In this document: one piece after another, positions 18,167 to 27,248 of the stretch
Layout: every line of letters starts with the position of its first letter
How positions within the stretch are numbered: the first letter of the stretch is position 1
From: Vibrio cholerae ATCC 14035
GTDB taxonomy: Bacteria > Pseudomonadota > Gammaproteobacteria > Enterobacterales > Vibrionaceae
NCBI RefSeq assembly: GCF_000621645.1
Contig: NZ_JHXR01000001.1
Span: 330,001-362,000, forward strand
Direction of reading: 5' to 3'
Length of the DNA stretch: 32,000 nucleotides
Program-made: the position numbers and the translations under genes
Notes under the pieces: model-generated
What the model saw: only the letters and a program-made list of their open reading frames with translations
Databases searched by the model: none
What the model was told of the DNA's origin: nothing

Positions 18167-18202
18167 TTTGTTTGTTTATTAACCACATGGCTGGTGCGAA
18201 AC

Positions 18203-18216
18203 TTGATTTAGATCAA
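18203..18216. promoter_or_regulatory. FNR-type box 2 upstream of cydA: TTGAT-TTAG-ATCAA (10/10 match to consensus)
   Basis: Direct reading. It is a perfect palindromic FNR consensus and contains a GATC site. Confidence 0.65.
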
Positions 18217-18294
18217 GGCGTAATTCTCCTATAAACCTTTTGAAACAAGCGGGTTTTGGCATTAGTATTAGCCATAGCTATATTAGCTACAACT

Positions 18295-18309
18295 TAACAA
18301 TTAACTAAC
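18295..18309 (-). promoter_or_regulatory. ArcA-P-like box: minus-strand GTTAGTTAATTGTTA, 13/15 match to GTTAATTAAATGTTA
   Basis: Direct reading of the reverse complement of 18295-18309. The consensus is quoted from memory. The surrounding DNA is AT-rich, which raises the chance of a random match. Confidence 0.4.
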
Positions 18310-18428
18310 CATAGTGGTACATAGTTGCAACAACAAATTTTTTTTGTAGCAAAGTGTTATAGTTTTTTTAACATTGTAATTGTTGTTCTATGTCGAACGT
18401 GTCATTCAGCCGACACAAAGGAGTTACC

Positions 18429-20015
18429 ATGATCGATGTCGTTGATTTATCGCGGTTGCAATTTGCACTTACTGCGATGTATCACTTCCTGTTTGTTCCC
18501 CTCACTCTAGGGATGGCATTTTTACTTGCTATCATGGAGTCACTCTACGTCATGACCGACAAGCAGATTTACAAGGACATGACCAAATTCTGGGGTAAGC
18601 TGTTCGGGATTAACTTTGCTCTAGGTGTGGCAACAGGCCTTACCATGGAGTTCCAGTTTGGTACCAACTGGTCTTACTATTCTCATTATGTAGGTGACAT
18701 TTTTGGTGCTCCACTTGCGATTGAAGCGCTGGTAGCCTTCTTCCTAGAATCTACATTTGTTGGTTTATTCTTCTTTGGGTGGGACAGACTTTCCAAACGA
18801 CAACACTTAGTCGTGACTTGGTTAGTCGCATTAGGCTCAAACTTCTCTGCTCTGTGGATTCTGGTTGCAAACGGCTGGATGCAAAACCCAGTAGGCTCAG
18901 AGTTTAATTTTGAAACCATGCGTATGGAAATGGTGAGCTTTGCTGATGTGGTACTAAACCCAGTTGCCCAAGTGAAGTTTGTTCACACCGTTGCGGCAGG
19001 TTATACCACAGGCGCAATGTTCATTTTGGGTATCAGTGCGTACTACCTACTGAAAGGTCGTGATGTTGCTTTTGCACGTCGTTCATTTGCGATTGCGGCA
19101 TCATTCGGTATGGCTTCTGTACTGTCCGTTATCGTACTGGGTGATGAATCAGGCTATGAGCTTGGTGAAGTTCAGCGCGTGAAACTGGCGGCGATTGAGT
19201 CTGAATGGCACACCGAGCCAGCACCCGCAGCGTTCACCTTGTTTGGTATTCCAAATCAAGAAGAAATGCGCACCGACTACGCGATCAAAATTCCATTTGC
19301 ACTAGGGATCATTGCAACACGTTCACTTGACGAACAAGTTGTAGGTCTGCGTGATCTGCGTGATGAACACGTTGAGCGAATTCGTACCGGTATTTACGCT
19401 TACGATCTGCTAGAGCGTCTGCGCGCTGGTGAAAAAACGCCGGAAAACATGGCCGCCTTTGATGAAGTAAAACATGATCTCGGTTATGGCCTACTTCTGA
19501 AGCGTTACACGGATAAAGTGACGGATGCGACAGAAGAGCAAATCCAAGCGGCAGCGGATGATTCTATCCCAACAGTATGGCCACTATTCTGGTCTTTCCG
19601 CATCATGGTGGCTTGTGGCTTTATTATGCTAGTGGTGTTTGGTGCCGCCTTTATCCAAACCTGTCGTCAGAAGATTGAACAGAAAAAATGGGTTCTCAAA
19701 GCCGCGCTATTCAGTATTCCATTGCCTTGGATTGCGGTCGAGACAGGTTGGTTTGTCGCTGAATATGGCCGTCAACCTTGGGCTGTCGGTGAAATTCTTC
19801 CCGTTAACGTTGCCGCTTCTGCATTGAGTGCAGGAGAGATCATCACTTCAATGCTGGCGATTTTGGCACTGTACACCATCTTCTTGATTGCAGAAGTGTA
19901 CTTAATGGTTAAGTTCACTCGTAAAGGCCCAAGCAGCCTGAAAACCGGACGGTACCATTTTGAACAAGGCGCAGAGTCTGTTCAGGATCAAGTCAACCGC
20001 CAAGTTGAAGCATAA
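18429..20015 (+). CDS. cydA: Cytochrome bd-I ubiquinol oxidase subunit I
   Basis: ORF 18390-20015. The start is re-set to the ATG at 18429 ([28 protein letters not shown]...), preceded by AAAGGAG at 18417-18423. Contains the Q-loop and conserved [11 protein letters not shown] region. Confidence 0.96.
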   Translation: MIDVVDLSRLQFALTAMYHFLFVPLTLGMAFLLAIMESLYVMTDKQIYKDMTKFWGKLFGINFALGVATGLTMEFQFGTNWSYYSHYVGDIFGAPLAIEALVAFFLESTFVGLFFFGWDRLSKRQHLVVTWLVALGSNFSALWILVANGWMQNPVGSEFNFETMRMEMVSFADVVLNPVAQVKFVHTVAAGYTTGAMFILGISAYYLLKGRDVAFARRSFAIAASFGMASVLSVIVLGDESGYELGEVQRVKLAAIESEWHTEPAPAAFTLFGIPNQEEMRTDYAIKIPFALGIIATRSLDEQVVGLRDLRDEHVERIRTGIYAYDLLERLRAGEKTPENMAAFDEVKHDLGYGLLLKRYTDKVTDATEEQIQAAADDSIPTVWPLFWSFRIMVACGFIMLVVFGAAFIQTCRQKIEQKKWVLKAALFSIPLPWIAVETGWFVAEYGRQPWAVGEILPVNVAASALSAGEIITSMLAILALYTIFLIAEVYLMVKFTRKGPSSLKTGRYHFEQGAESVQDQVNRQVEA

Positions 20016-20032
20016 GGCAAGGAGAAACAACC

Positions 20033-21169
20033 ATGTTTGATTACGAGATCTTACGACTCATTTGGTGGGTACTGATTGGTGTGCTCCTCGTGGGTTTTGC
20101 CATCACAGATGGCTTTGATATGGGCGTTGGGGCGCTAGTCCCTATCATTGGTAAAAATGATAACGAACGCCGAGTGATGATTAACTCTATTGCCCCACAC
20201 TGGGATGGAAACCAAGTTTGGCTCATCACAGCCGGTGGTGCTTTGTTTGCCGCATGGCCGCTGGTTTACGCCACTTCATTTTCAGGTTTCTATCTGGCTA
20301 TGATTGTGACACTTGCTGCGCTGTGGTTACGCCCTGTCGGTCTAGACTATCGCTCAAAAATCGAGAGCACAAAATGGCGTAATAACTGGGATTTAGCGAT
20401 TTCAGCATCAGGATTCATTCCACCGGTTATCTTTGGTGTGGCATTCGGAAACCTGCTACAAGGTGTTCCTTTCCAACTGAGTGATTTCTTGATGCCGACC
20501 TACCATGGTTCATTCTTTGGTCTGCTCAATCCATTTGCTCTGCTCTGTGGTCTTGTGAGCTTGTTCATGACTTTGCTACAAGGCTCTGCATGGCTGCAAA
20601 TGAAAACGACATCGCATGTACATCAACGTGCTCGTAATGTGGCACAACTGACCGGTTTGCTCACCGCCGTGTGTTTTGTGGCCGCAGGCTTTTGGGTCCA
20701 GCACATCGACGGTTATATGATTGTTGGTGCGATTGACGGTAATGCCGCATCGAATCCGCTCAACAAAGAAGTGATTCGTGAAGCGGGTGCTTGGTTACAC
20801 AACTTTGAACAAGTACCAGTACTGTGGTTAGCTCCTGCACTGGGTGTATTGATGCCTCTACTCTCGGTTTTGGCGTCACGTCTAGATAAAGGTGGCTTGG
20901 CATTTTTGACCTCTAGTTTAGGTAACGCTGGCGTTATCTTCACCGCAGGTTTCGCTATGTTCCCATTCGTTATGCCTTCAAGTTTGAATCCGGCCCATAG
21001 CTTGACTATGTGGGATGCAACTTCAAGCAAGCTGACGCTAGAACTGATGACTGTGGTTGCGGTTGTCATGGTGCCTATCATTTTGGGTTACACCATCTGG
21101 AGTTACTACAAAATGTTTGGTCGTCTCGATGATAAATTCATCGAAGATAACAAGAATTCACTGTACTAA
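20033..21169 (+). CDS. cydB: Cytochrome bd-I ubiquinol oxidase subunit II
   Basis: MFDYEILRLIWWVLIGVLLVGFAITDGFDMGVG... is typical of the CydB N-terminus. 378 aa, immediately downstream of cydA. Confidence 0.96.
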   Translation: MFDYEILRLIWWVLIGVLLVGFAITDGFDMGVGALVPIIGKNDNERRVMINSIAPHWDGNQVWLITAGGALFAAWPLVYATSFSGFYLAMIVTLAALWLRPVGLDYRSKIESTKWRNNWDLAISASGFIPPVIFGVAFGNLLQGVPFQLSDFLMPTYHGSFFGLLNPFALLCGLVSLFMTLLQGSAWLQMKTTSHVHQRARNVAQLTGLLTAVCFVAAGFWVQHIDGYMIVGAIDGNAASNPLNKEVIREAGAWLHNFEQVPVLWLAPALGVLMPLLSVLASRLDKGGLAFLTSSLGNAGVIFTAGFAMFPFVMPSSLNPAHSLTMWDATSSKLTLELMTVVAVVMVPIILGYTIWSYYKMFGRLDDKFIEDNKNSLY

Positions 21170-21181
21170 GGAGCGCTCATT

Positions 21182-21289
21182 ATGTGGTATTTCGCATGGA
21201 TCCTTGGCGTATTACTCGCCTGTGCATTCGGCATCATCAATGCTCTTTGGTTAGAGCACACTGAGATGATGGATAAAGATAGTGAGTGA
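21182..21289 (+). CDS. cydX: Cytochrome bd-I oxidase small subunit CydX (35 aa); too small for the supplied ORF track
   Basis: Hand translation gives MWYFAWILGVLLACAFGIINALWLEHTEMMDKDSE. E. coli CydX, as I recall it, begins MWYFAWILGTLLACSFGVITALALEH. A strong AGGAG at 21169-21173 lies 8 nt upstream. The 3' end overlaps the ybgE start by 8 nt. Confidence 0.9.
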   Translation: MWYFAWILGVLLACAFGIINALWLEHTEMMDKDSE

Positions 21290-21599
21290 TTGGCAATTAA
21301 AGTGGTCTGAAAAGATCGCTCGCTGTCATGACATCACCGATAAGGCCTTGCTCAAGGCCTTATCGATACTATTAGGCTTCTACAATGCCGCGATGGTGAT
21401 GTGGGATCCGAATAGTTACGCAGATCGAATCGGCGGCTTCAACGCAGTTATTGCGCCGCTGATGATTTGGGCAATATGTGCCAGTATGGTCTTTGGGGTA
21501 GGGTTTAGGCCCCGCCACTGGGTATGGCAAATCGTGTTCAGTCCATATCTATCATTGACCATTCTGAGTTATTTGACGTTGGTGCAGCTAATAAGCTAG
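21282..21599 (+). CDS. ybgE: Cyd operon protein YbgE
   Basis: GTG start overlapping the cydX stop. Small hydrophobic protein (105 aa) in the conserved position after cydX. Confidence 0.8.
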   Translation: MSDWQLKWSEKIARCHDITDKALLKALSILLGFYNAAMVMWDPNSYADRIGGFNAVIAPLMIWAICASMVFGVGFRPRHWVWQIVFSPYLSLTILSYLTLVQLIS

Positions 21600-21632
21600 C
21601 TCAATTCGTATTGTTGATGAGTTTTTATGCAG

Positions 21633-21669
21633 ATTAGCGCTGTCATTTTGAGACAGCGCTAATTTTTTA
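21633..21669 (+). terminator. Rho-independent terminator of the cyd operon
   Basis: ATTAGCGCTGTC (21633-21644), 7-nt loop, GACAGCGCTAAT (21652-21663), then TTTTT. Confidence 0.85.
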
Positions 21670-21767
21670 TCATTAGGTAAGAAAACATTGCACGGGCTTG
21701 TACTATCGTGAGCGAGTTGCGCTATAGTAGCAGCCATTCCTCGGTGTATGAGATTTTTATCAAAACC

Positions 21768-22174
21768 ATGAACACTTTTCATTGGCCGGTCACGGTGTAT
21801 TACGAAGATACTGACGCTGGTGGAGTGGTTTATCACGCAAATTATCTAAAATTCTTCGAAAGAGCCCGTACCGAAATGCTCCGTGCTGTTGGTGTTCATC
21901 AACAGAGTTTGTTGGAACAAGGTATTGGCTTTGTGGTCAGACACATGGAGATCGATTTTCTTAAAGGCGCTAAGTTAGATGACCATTTGGAAGTCGTGAC
22001 CAGAGTGTCAGAATTAAAAAAGCTTCTTTAACCTTCTGTCAGGAACTCGTTAATCCTGAAGGCACTGTGTTGTCTAAAGCCAAGGTTAAGGTAGCATGTA
22101 TCGACAATGAGAGCATGAGGCCGAGAGCTTTGCCTCAATTAATCAGTTTGGAGTTAAACTGCAGTGACTGCTGA
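21768..22174 (+). pseudogene. ybgC: Tol-Pal-associated acyl-CoA thioesterase YbgC, interrupted by a 1-nt frame change in an A6 run (22016-22021)
   Basis: From the ATG at 21768 the zero frame (MNTFHWPVTVYYEDTDAGGVVYHANYLKFFERAR...VSELKKLL*) stops at 22029-22031. The -1 frame starting at 22022 stays open for 50 codons ([50 protein letters not shown]) and ends at 22174, overlapping the tolQ GTG at 22164. The joined product is about 135 aa and is collinear with E. coli YbgC (134 aa) as I recall it. Confidence 0.8.
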
Positions 22175-22847
22175 TATTTCATTTCTTGACCTTTTTTTAC
22201 AAGCTAGCTTCCTAGTAAAAATGGTAATGCTGACCCTTTTGGGAATGTCGGTTGCCTCGTGGGCGGCAATTATCAAACGTAGTAAAGTTATCTCTGCTGC
22301 CGAGCGTGAAGCGGATACCTTTGAAGACCGCTTTTGGTCTGGAATGGATCTCGGTGCGCTATACCAAGACGTCAAAAAACGTAAAGATGACATCTATGGC
22401 ATTGAGGAAATTTTTTATGCTGGCTTTACTGAATTTGCTCGTTTACGTAAGACTAACCCAGGTGCACCTGATTTTGTGATGGAAGGCACAGGGCGAGCCA
22501 TGCGCGTAGCTGTGGCTCGTGAAGTTGATTCACTCGAAACCAGCTTACCTTTCTTGGCAACTGTCGGTTCCATCAGCCCATATATCGGTCTATTTGGAAC
22601 GGTGTGGGGTATCATGCATGCGTTTATTGCTCTTGGAGAGGTAAAGCAAGCTACGTTAGCGATGGTGGCTCCGGGGATTGCAGAAGCTCTAATTGCAACG
22701 GCGATTGGTCTATTTGCTGCGATTCCAGCCGTTATGGCTTACAACCGTCTTAGCAATAAAGTCAGTAAGCTTGAACATACTTACGCTACCTTCTCGGAAG
22801 AGTTTCATACCATTCTCCACCGTCAAGTGATGGCTGGCAGGGAATAA
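22164..22847 (+). CDS. tolQ: Tol-Pal system protein TolQ
   Basis: GTG start. (M)[18 protein letters not shown]... parallels the E. coli TolQ N-terminus as I recall it. MotA/ExbB-family TM pattern. 227 aa. Confidence 0.95.
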   Translation: MTADISFLDLFLQASFLVKMVMLTLLGMSVASWAAIIKRSKVISAAEREADTFEDRFWSGMDLGALYQDVKKRKDDIYGIEEIFYAGFTEFARLRKTNPGAPDFVMEGTGRAMRVAVAREVDSLETSLPFLATVGSISPYIGLFGTVWGIMHAFIALGEVKQATLAMVAPGIAEALIATAIGLFAAIPAVMAYNRLSNKVSKLEHTYATFSEEFHTILHRQVMAGRE

Positions 22848-22849
22848 CT

Positions 22850-23290
22850 ATGGCTGGCTATCAAACCAAAAAACGTGAGATGAAAGCAGAGATTAACGTG
22901 GTTCCTTACATCGACGTTATGCTGGTTCTCCTCATTATTTTTATGGTGACATCACCGTTTGTAACACAAGGTGTGGATGTGGAGTTGCCGAAAACTCATT
23001 CGGCTAAATCAGCACAAGATCTAGCGGGTGATAGCGATTCTAGCTTTATCATTGTTGAGATTGATAAAGAAGGTAATCTTGGCCTGAGTGTTAATGATGA
23101 AGAAGTTCAACGCGGTCTATCCATCGAAGATGTGATTGTTCGAGTGAAAGCAGAATTGTCTCTTAAACCTAATTCACCTGTGGCCGTGGGTGGCGATGCC
23201 GCTACACCTTACGCAGAGATTGTTTTGGTATTGGATGAGTTGGGTCAAGCTGGTATTCCTAAAGTAGGGCTACTCACGGACCTTAAATAA
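22850..23290 (+). CDS. tolR: Tol-Pal system protein TolR
   Basis: The start lies 2 nt after the tolQ stop. Contains INVVPYIDVMLVLLIIFMV, the ExbD/TolR TM segment with the conserved Asp. Confidence 0.95.
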   Translation: MAGYQTKKREMKAEINVVPYIDVMLVLLIIFMVTSPFVTQGVDVELPKTHSAKSAQDLAGDSDSSFIIVEIDKEGNLGLSVNDEEVQRGLSIEDVIVRVKAELSLKPNSPVAVGGDAATPYAEIVLVLDELGQAGIPKVGLLTDLK

Positions 23291-23307
23291 TAGGTTTAAT
23301 ACTGAGC

Positions 23308-24378
23308 ATGAAAGAGAATAAGTCCAGAAAAAGTAATGATGCTAAATCGATAACTATTTCGCTGGCGATGCACGGTGCTTTGGTCGCGATATTGCTCTGG
23401 GGAGCCGATTTCACCATGTCTGATCCTGAACCGACAGGACAGATGATTGAGGCGGTTGTCATTGATCCTCAGCTCGTTCGTCAGCAAGCTCAGCAAATTC
23501 GTAGTCAGCGTGAAGAGGCGGCGAAAAAAGAGCAAGAGCGACTGGATAAACTCCGTCGTGAAAGCGAACAGCTAGAGAAAAATCGACAAGCAGAAGAAGA
23601 GCGGATCCGCCAGTTGAAAGAGCAACAGGCTAAAGAAGCCAAAGCGGCTCGTGAAGCGGAAAAGTTGCGTGAGCAGAAAGAACAAGAGCGCTTAGCTGCT
23701 GAGCAGAAAGCTCGCGAAGAAAAAGAGCGTGCTGCAAAAGCAGAGGCTGAACGCAAAGTGAAAGAAGAAGCCGCAAAAAAAGCTGAGCAAGAACGCGTGG
23801 CGAAAGAAGCCGCAGCAGCAAAGGCAGAACAGCAACGTATTGAACGTGAAAAAGAAGCCAAGCTTGCGGAAGAAAAAGCCAAACGTGAAAAAGAAGTGGC
23901 AGCGAAAGCTGAGCAAGAACGTTTAGCAAAGGAAAAAGCGGCCAAAGAGGCGGCAGATAAAGCCAAGAAAGAAAAAGAACGCGCGGCAAAAGCAGAAGCT
24001 GAACGTAAAGCTCAAGAAGCGGCCTTGAATGATATTTTTGGCAGCTTGAGTGAAGAAAGTCAGCAAAATAATGCGGCACGTCAGCAGTTTGTTACTTCGG
24101 AAGTAGGGCGCTATGGAGCCATCTACACCCAGCTCATCCGGCAGAATCTGTTAGTGGAAGACAGTTTTCGAGGAAAGCAGTGTAGGGTAAACCTAAAGCT
24201 TATTCCTACTGGGACTGGCGCATTACTGGGTAGCTTAACCGTTTTGGATGGTGACAGTCGTTTATGTGCAGCAACCAAACGCGCTGTTGCCCAAGTGAAT
24301 AGTTTTCCATTGCCGAAAGATCAACCTGACGTTGTGGAAAAACTAAAGAATATTAATTTAACCGTAGCACCTGAATAA
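23308..24378 (+). CDS. tolA: Tol-Pal system protein TolA (N-terminal anchor, long Lys/Glu/Ala-rich helical domain II, C-terminal domain III)
   Basis: TM segment [18 protein letters not shown], about 200 aa of KEAxxAExER-type low complexity, and a globular C-terminus. Positioned between tolR and tolB. Confidence 0.93.
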   Translation: MKENKSRKSNDAKSITISLAMHGALVAILLWGADFTMSDPEPTGQMIEAVVIDPQLVRQQAQQIRSQREEAAKKEQERLDKLRRESEQLEKNRQAEEERIRQLKEQQAKEAKAAREAEKLREQKEQERLAAEQKAREEKERAAKAEAERKVKEEAAKKAEQERVAKEAAAAKAEQQRIEREKEAKLAEEKAKREKEVAAKAEQERLAKEKAAKEAADKAKKEKERAAKAEAERKAQEAALNDIFGSLSEESQQNNAARQQFVTSEVGRYGAIYTQLIRQNLLVEDSFRGKQCRVNLKLIPTGTGALLGSLTVLDGDSRLCAATKRAVAQVNSFPLPKDQPDVVEKLKNINLTVAPE

Positions 24379-24392
24379 GGAAGGGAAGGCTT

Positions 24393-25745
24393 GTGTTTAA
24401 GCGATTAGTTTTTGTTTTGATGCTCATCGGTACCGGTTTTTCCAATATTGCGAATGCAGCATTGGAGCTAGTTATTACTGACGGTATTGATTCTGCACGT
24501 CCGATTGCGATAGTTCCTTTCAAATGGGAAGGCGCAACCAAGTTGCCTGAAGACGTTTCTGCGGTGATTGCCTCTGACTTACAGCGCAGTGGTAAATTTA
24601 GCCCAGTTCCGACCAGCAAAATGCCACAGACGCCTTATAGCGAAGAGCAGGTTAACTTTGGCAAATGGACATCTATGGGGGTCGATTCATTATTGACGGG
24701 TACGATCACGCAAAATGCGGAAGGTAGCTATGTAATTAGTTATCAACTGGTTGACATTGTGCGTGGACAACTGACTCAAGGCCAAAGCAAAGCTCTGTCT
24801 CAAGATGGTCAATTGGTGCTATCTAAAGATCATGTTTTGTTTAATAAAGTGGCGACCGTTCCTGCATCAAGAATGCGTGAATATGCCCACCGTATTGCGG
24901 ACTTGGTTTATGAGGAATTGACCGGTGAACGCGGCGCCTTCTTAACGCGCATCGCTTACGTTGTGGTCAATGATAAGGATCCGTATCCTTATCAACTGAG
25001 AATTGCTGATTATGACGGCTATAACGAACGTCTTGTACTTCGTTCTAAGCAGCCGCTTATGTCACCTGCTTGGTCACCTGATGGTCAGACTTTGGCTTAC
25101 GTGAGTTTCCAAAACGGACAAGCCGAAATTTACATGATGAACATCTACAGTGGGAAGCGAGAGAAGCTGACGTCATTCCCACGTCATAATGGTGCACCCA
25201 GATTCTCACCAGATGGTAAAACGCTAGCGCTGGTTTTATCAAAAACTGGTAATTTACAGGTCTACACGATGGACTTGGCTACACGTCGCTTAACAGAGGT
25301 GACTAGTGGCCGTTCCAACAACACCGAACCTTTCTGGCATCCAGATGGTAAATCTTTAATTTTCACTTCAGATCGGGGTGGTAAACCACAGATTTATCAA
25401 GTAAATTTATCCGGCGGTGAAACCAAGCGTTTAACTTGGCAAGGTAGCCAAAACTTGGGTGGCCAAATTACACCGGATGGAAAATTCTTGGTGATGGTGA
25501 ATCGTAGTGATTCCGGCTTCAATCTCGCGAAGCAGGATTTAGAAACAGGGGCAATGCAGATTCTGACAAAAACCTTGTTAGATGAGTCCCCAAGTATTGC
25601 GCCGAATGGTGGTATGGTGATTTATAGCTCCATCTACAATAAGGCCAACGTCTTGTCGATGGTATCCATTGATGGACGCTTTAAAGCAAGATTACCGGCA
25701 ACCAATGGGCGCGTTCGTGCTCCAGCATGGTCACCGTTTTTATAA
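24393..25745 (+). CDS. tolB: Tol-Pal system beta-propeller protein TolB
   Basis: GTG start after a purine-rich AAGGAAGGGAAGG. Signal peptide present. [23 protein letters not shown] and C-terminal [24 protein letters not shown] are collinear with E. coli TolB as I recall it. Confidence 0.95.
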   Translation: MFKRLVFVLMLIGTGFSNIANAALELVITDGIDSARPIAIVPFKWEGATKLPEDVSAVIASDLQRSGKFSPVPTSKMPQTPYSEEQVNFGKWTSMGVDSLLTGTITQNAEGSYVISYQLVDIVRGQLTQGQSKALSQDGQLVLSKDHVLFNKVATVPASRMREYAHRIADLVYEELTGERGAFLTRIAYVVVNDKDPYPYQLRIADYDGYNERLVLRSKQPLMSPAWSPDGQTLAYVSFQNGQAEIYMMNIYSGKREKLTSFPRHNGAPRFSPDGKTLALVLSKTGNLQVYTMDLATRRLTEVTSGRSNNTEPFWHPDGKSLIFTSDRGGKPQIYQVNLSGGETKRLTWQGSQNLGGQITPDGKFLVMVNRSDSGFNLAKQDLETGAMQILTKTLLDESPSIAPNGGMVIYSSIYNKANVLSMVSIDGRFKARLPATNGRVRAPAWSPFL

Positions 25746-25776
25746 CAAGTAACTGTTTAATAGAAAGGAATAGGAA

Positions 25777-26295
25777 ATGCAACTTAACAAAGTTCTTAAG
25801 AGTCTGCTGATTGCGCTACCAGTTTTAGCTGTTACCGCTTGTAGCTCAAGTGATGATGCTGCGAACTCAGGTTCTCAAACTAACCAATCAGCAGTGTCTA
25901 CTGTTGACTCAAATGGTCTGAATGCACAAGGTCAACTGACTGAGCAAGAACTGAAAGAACAAGCTCTGCGTGAAAACCAAACTATCTACTTCGCATTCGA
26001 CAACGCAACTATCGCGAGCGACTACGAAGCAATGCTAGCTGCACACGCTGCTTACCTAGTGAAAAACCCAAGCCTACGCGTAACTATCGAAGGTCACGCT
26101 GATGAGCGCGGTACTCCTGAGTACAACATCGCACTGGGTGAGCGTCGTGCTCAAGCAGTTGCTAAGTACCTAGAAGCTCTGGGTGTTCAAGCTGGCCAAC
26201 TGTCTATCGTTAGCTACGGTGAAGAGAAGCCTCTAGTTCTAGGTCAATCAGAAGAAGCGTACGCGAAAAACCGTCGTGCAGTTCTGGTTTACTAA
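25777..26295 (+). CDS. pal: Peptidoglycan-associated lipoprotein Pal
   Basis: Lipobox LAVTAC. OmpA-like domain: IEGHADERGTPEYNIALGERRA...NRRAVLVY. Confidence 0.96.
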   Translation: MQLNKVLKSLLIALPVLAVTACSSSDDAANSGSQTNQSAVSTVDSNGLNAQGQLTEQELKEQALRENQTIYFAFDNATIASDYEAMLAAHAAYLVKNPSLRVTIEGHADERGTPEYNIALGERRAQAVAKYLEALGVQAGQLSIVSYGEEKPLVLGQSEEAYAKNRRAVLVY

Positions 26296-26310
26296 TTGAG
26301 GTGATGCCTC

Positions 26311-27075
26311 ATGTTCAGTAACTTAAAGCACGTTGTCATGCTGATGTTACTGGCAAGTGCAGCGAGCTATGCGCTCGCTGCACCCGCTCCAGTATCTGAC
26401 TTAGGTAGCAACGTATCCGGTGGTTCGCGGAGTTCAGAAATTGAACGTCTCGAACGTCTCCTCGAAAGCCGTAATCTTGTGCAGTTGCAAATGCAAAAGC
26501 AACTCGATGATATGGCACTTGAAGTCAATGAATTACGGGGCCAGATTGAAAAAAACAACTATGACATGCAGCAAATGTTGCAGCGTCAAAGGGAGTTGTT
26601 TGTAGAACTTGACCGTGTGCGTGGCGAGATGAAGTCACCTTCCTCCGGAGCCGGCCAACTACCAACAAGCAGCAATGATGAGGCTGCACAAGGCACCTTC
26701 AGTAGCGACGCTAATGAACAGGCTGCTTATCAGAATGCTGTTGATCTGATCCTTAAAAAGCGTGACTACGCAGGTGCGATTGCCGCTTTCCAGAAGTTTC
26801 AGACTGACTACCCTAATTCGACCTTCTCTGCTAATGCTCACTACTGGCTAGGCCAGCTCTATTTTGCCAAGAAAGAAGACAAAGAAGCCGCGAAAAGTTT
26901 TGCAGCTGTTGTCTCGGATAAAGGCTCTAACAAACGGGCTGATGCATTAGTTAAGTTGGGCGATATTGCGAAACGCAATAATAACGCCGAGCAGGCACGT
27001 AAATTTTACCAGCAAGCGGTGGATGAATATCCCGATAGTGCTTCTGCTAAAATTGCCAAAGAAAACCTTAAATAA
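26311..27075 (+). CDS. cpoB: Cell-division coordinator CpoB (YbgF), coiled-coil plus TPR periplasmic protein
   Basis: Signal peptide ([13 protein letters not shown]), a coiled-coil N-terminal half, and a TPR-like C-terminal half ([46 protein letters not shown]). It is the last gene of the tol-pal cluster. Confidence 0.9.
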   Translation: MFSNLKHVVMLMLLASAASYALAAPAPVSDLGSNVSGGSRSSEIERLERLLESRNLVQLQMQKQLDDMALEVNELRGQIEKNNYDMQQMLQRQRELFVELDRVRGEMKSPSSGAGQLPTSSNDEAAQGTFSSDANEQAAYQNAVDLILKKRDYAGAIAAFQKFQTDYPNSTFSANAHYWLGQLYFAKKEDKEAAKSFAAVVSDKGSNKRADALVKLGDIAKRNNNAEQARKFYQQAVDEYPDSASAKIAKENLK

Positions 27076-27077
27076 AT

Positions 27078-27110
27078 ACAAGAGCTGCGAATGCAGCTCT
27101 TGTTCGTTTC
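27078..27110 (+). terminator. Hairpin terminator after cpoB
   Basis: ACAAGAGCTGC (27078-27088), loop GAAT, GCAGCTCTTGT (27093-27103), then TCGTTTC (a weak U-tract). Confidence 0.6.
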
Positions 27111-27185
27111 AGCTTTTCACTCTGTTATGGACAGGGTCATTCATCGCTACACATTATTTCTCCCTCCTTGTTTAGGGCATTCAAT

Positions 27186-27213
27186 TTTGCTTGCTGCTGG
27201 CTAGGGTGTACAA
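27186..27213 (+). promoter_or_regulatory. Candidate nadA sigma-70 promoter: TTGCTT, 16-bp spacer, TACAAT
   Basis: Hexamers read directly at 27186-27191 and 27208-27213, about 36 nt upstream of the nadA ATG. No experimental support is available from the sequence alone. Confidence 0.3.
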
Positions 27214-27248
27214 TGCGCCGTCTATGGAAGTTGTGTAGAGCAAGAGCA

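Noticed and set aside
22023-22062. A downstream stimulatory hairpin for the putative ybgC -1 frameshift site
   Set aside because: Only 5-bp pairings are possible: TCAGG/CCTGA with an 11-nt loop, or TTAAC/GTTAA. Nothing is comparable to the dnaX stem-loop, and I saw no upstream SD-like element. This lowers support for programmed frameshifting compared with a simple indel or sequencing error.
23505-24079. Three long minus-strand ORFs (153, 149 and 74 aa) antisense to tolA
   Set aside because: They lie entirely within the K/E/A-rich low-complexity part of tolA. Their products are Ser/Ala/Phe/Leu/Cys-rich nonsense, mirroring the GAA/GCN/AAR codon bias. They have no RBS or independent support.
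27169-27174. TGTTTA half-site upstream of nadA, reminiscent of the enterobacterial NadR box
   Set aside because: There is no palindromic partner (TAAACA) at a suitable distance. To my knowledge NadR-type transcriptional control is restricted to Enterobacteria.
27168-27248. N-terminal extension of nadA from a TTG start ([27 protein letters not shown]...)
   Set aside because: The extension is Cys/Trp/Arg-rich and overlaps the candidate promoter. The NadA homology begins at the ATG at 27249. I rejected similar track extensions for ompT (9032-9103), ppiB (14066-14179), dinG (8596-8631), xthA (2601-2639), cydA (18390-18428), ybgC (21708-21767) and the first permease (273-314).
27076-27248. tRNA genes after cpoB (E. 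coli has a lysT-valT cluster between ybgF and nadA)
   Set aside because: The spacer is only about 170 nt and holds a terminator hairpin plus promoter-like hexamers. I found no cloverleaf-compatible segments or conserved T-loop (GTTCGAATC-like) sequence.
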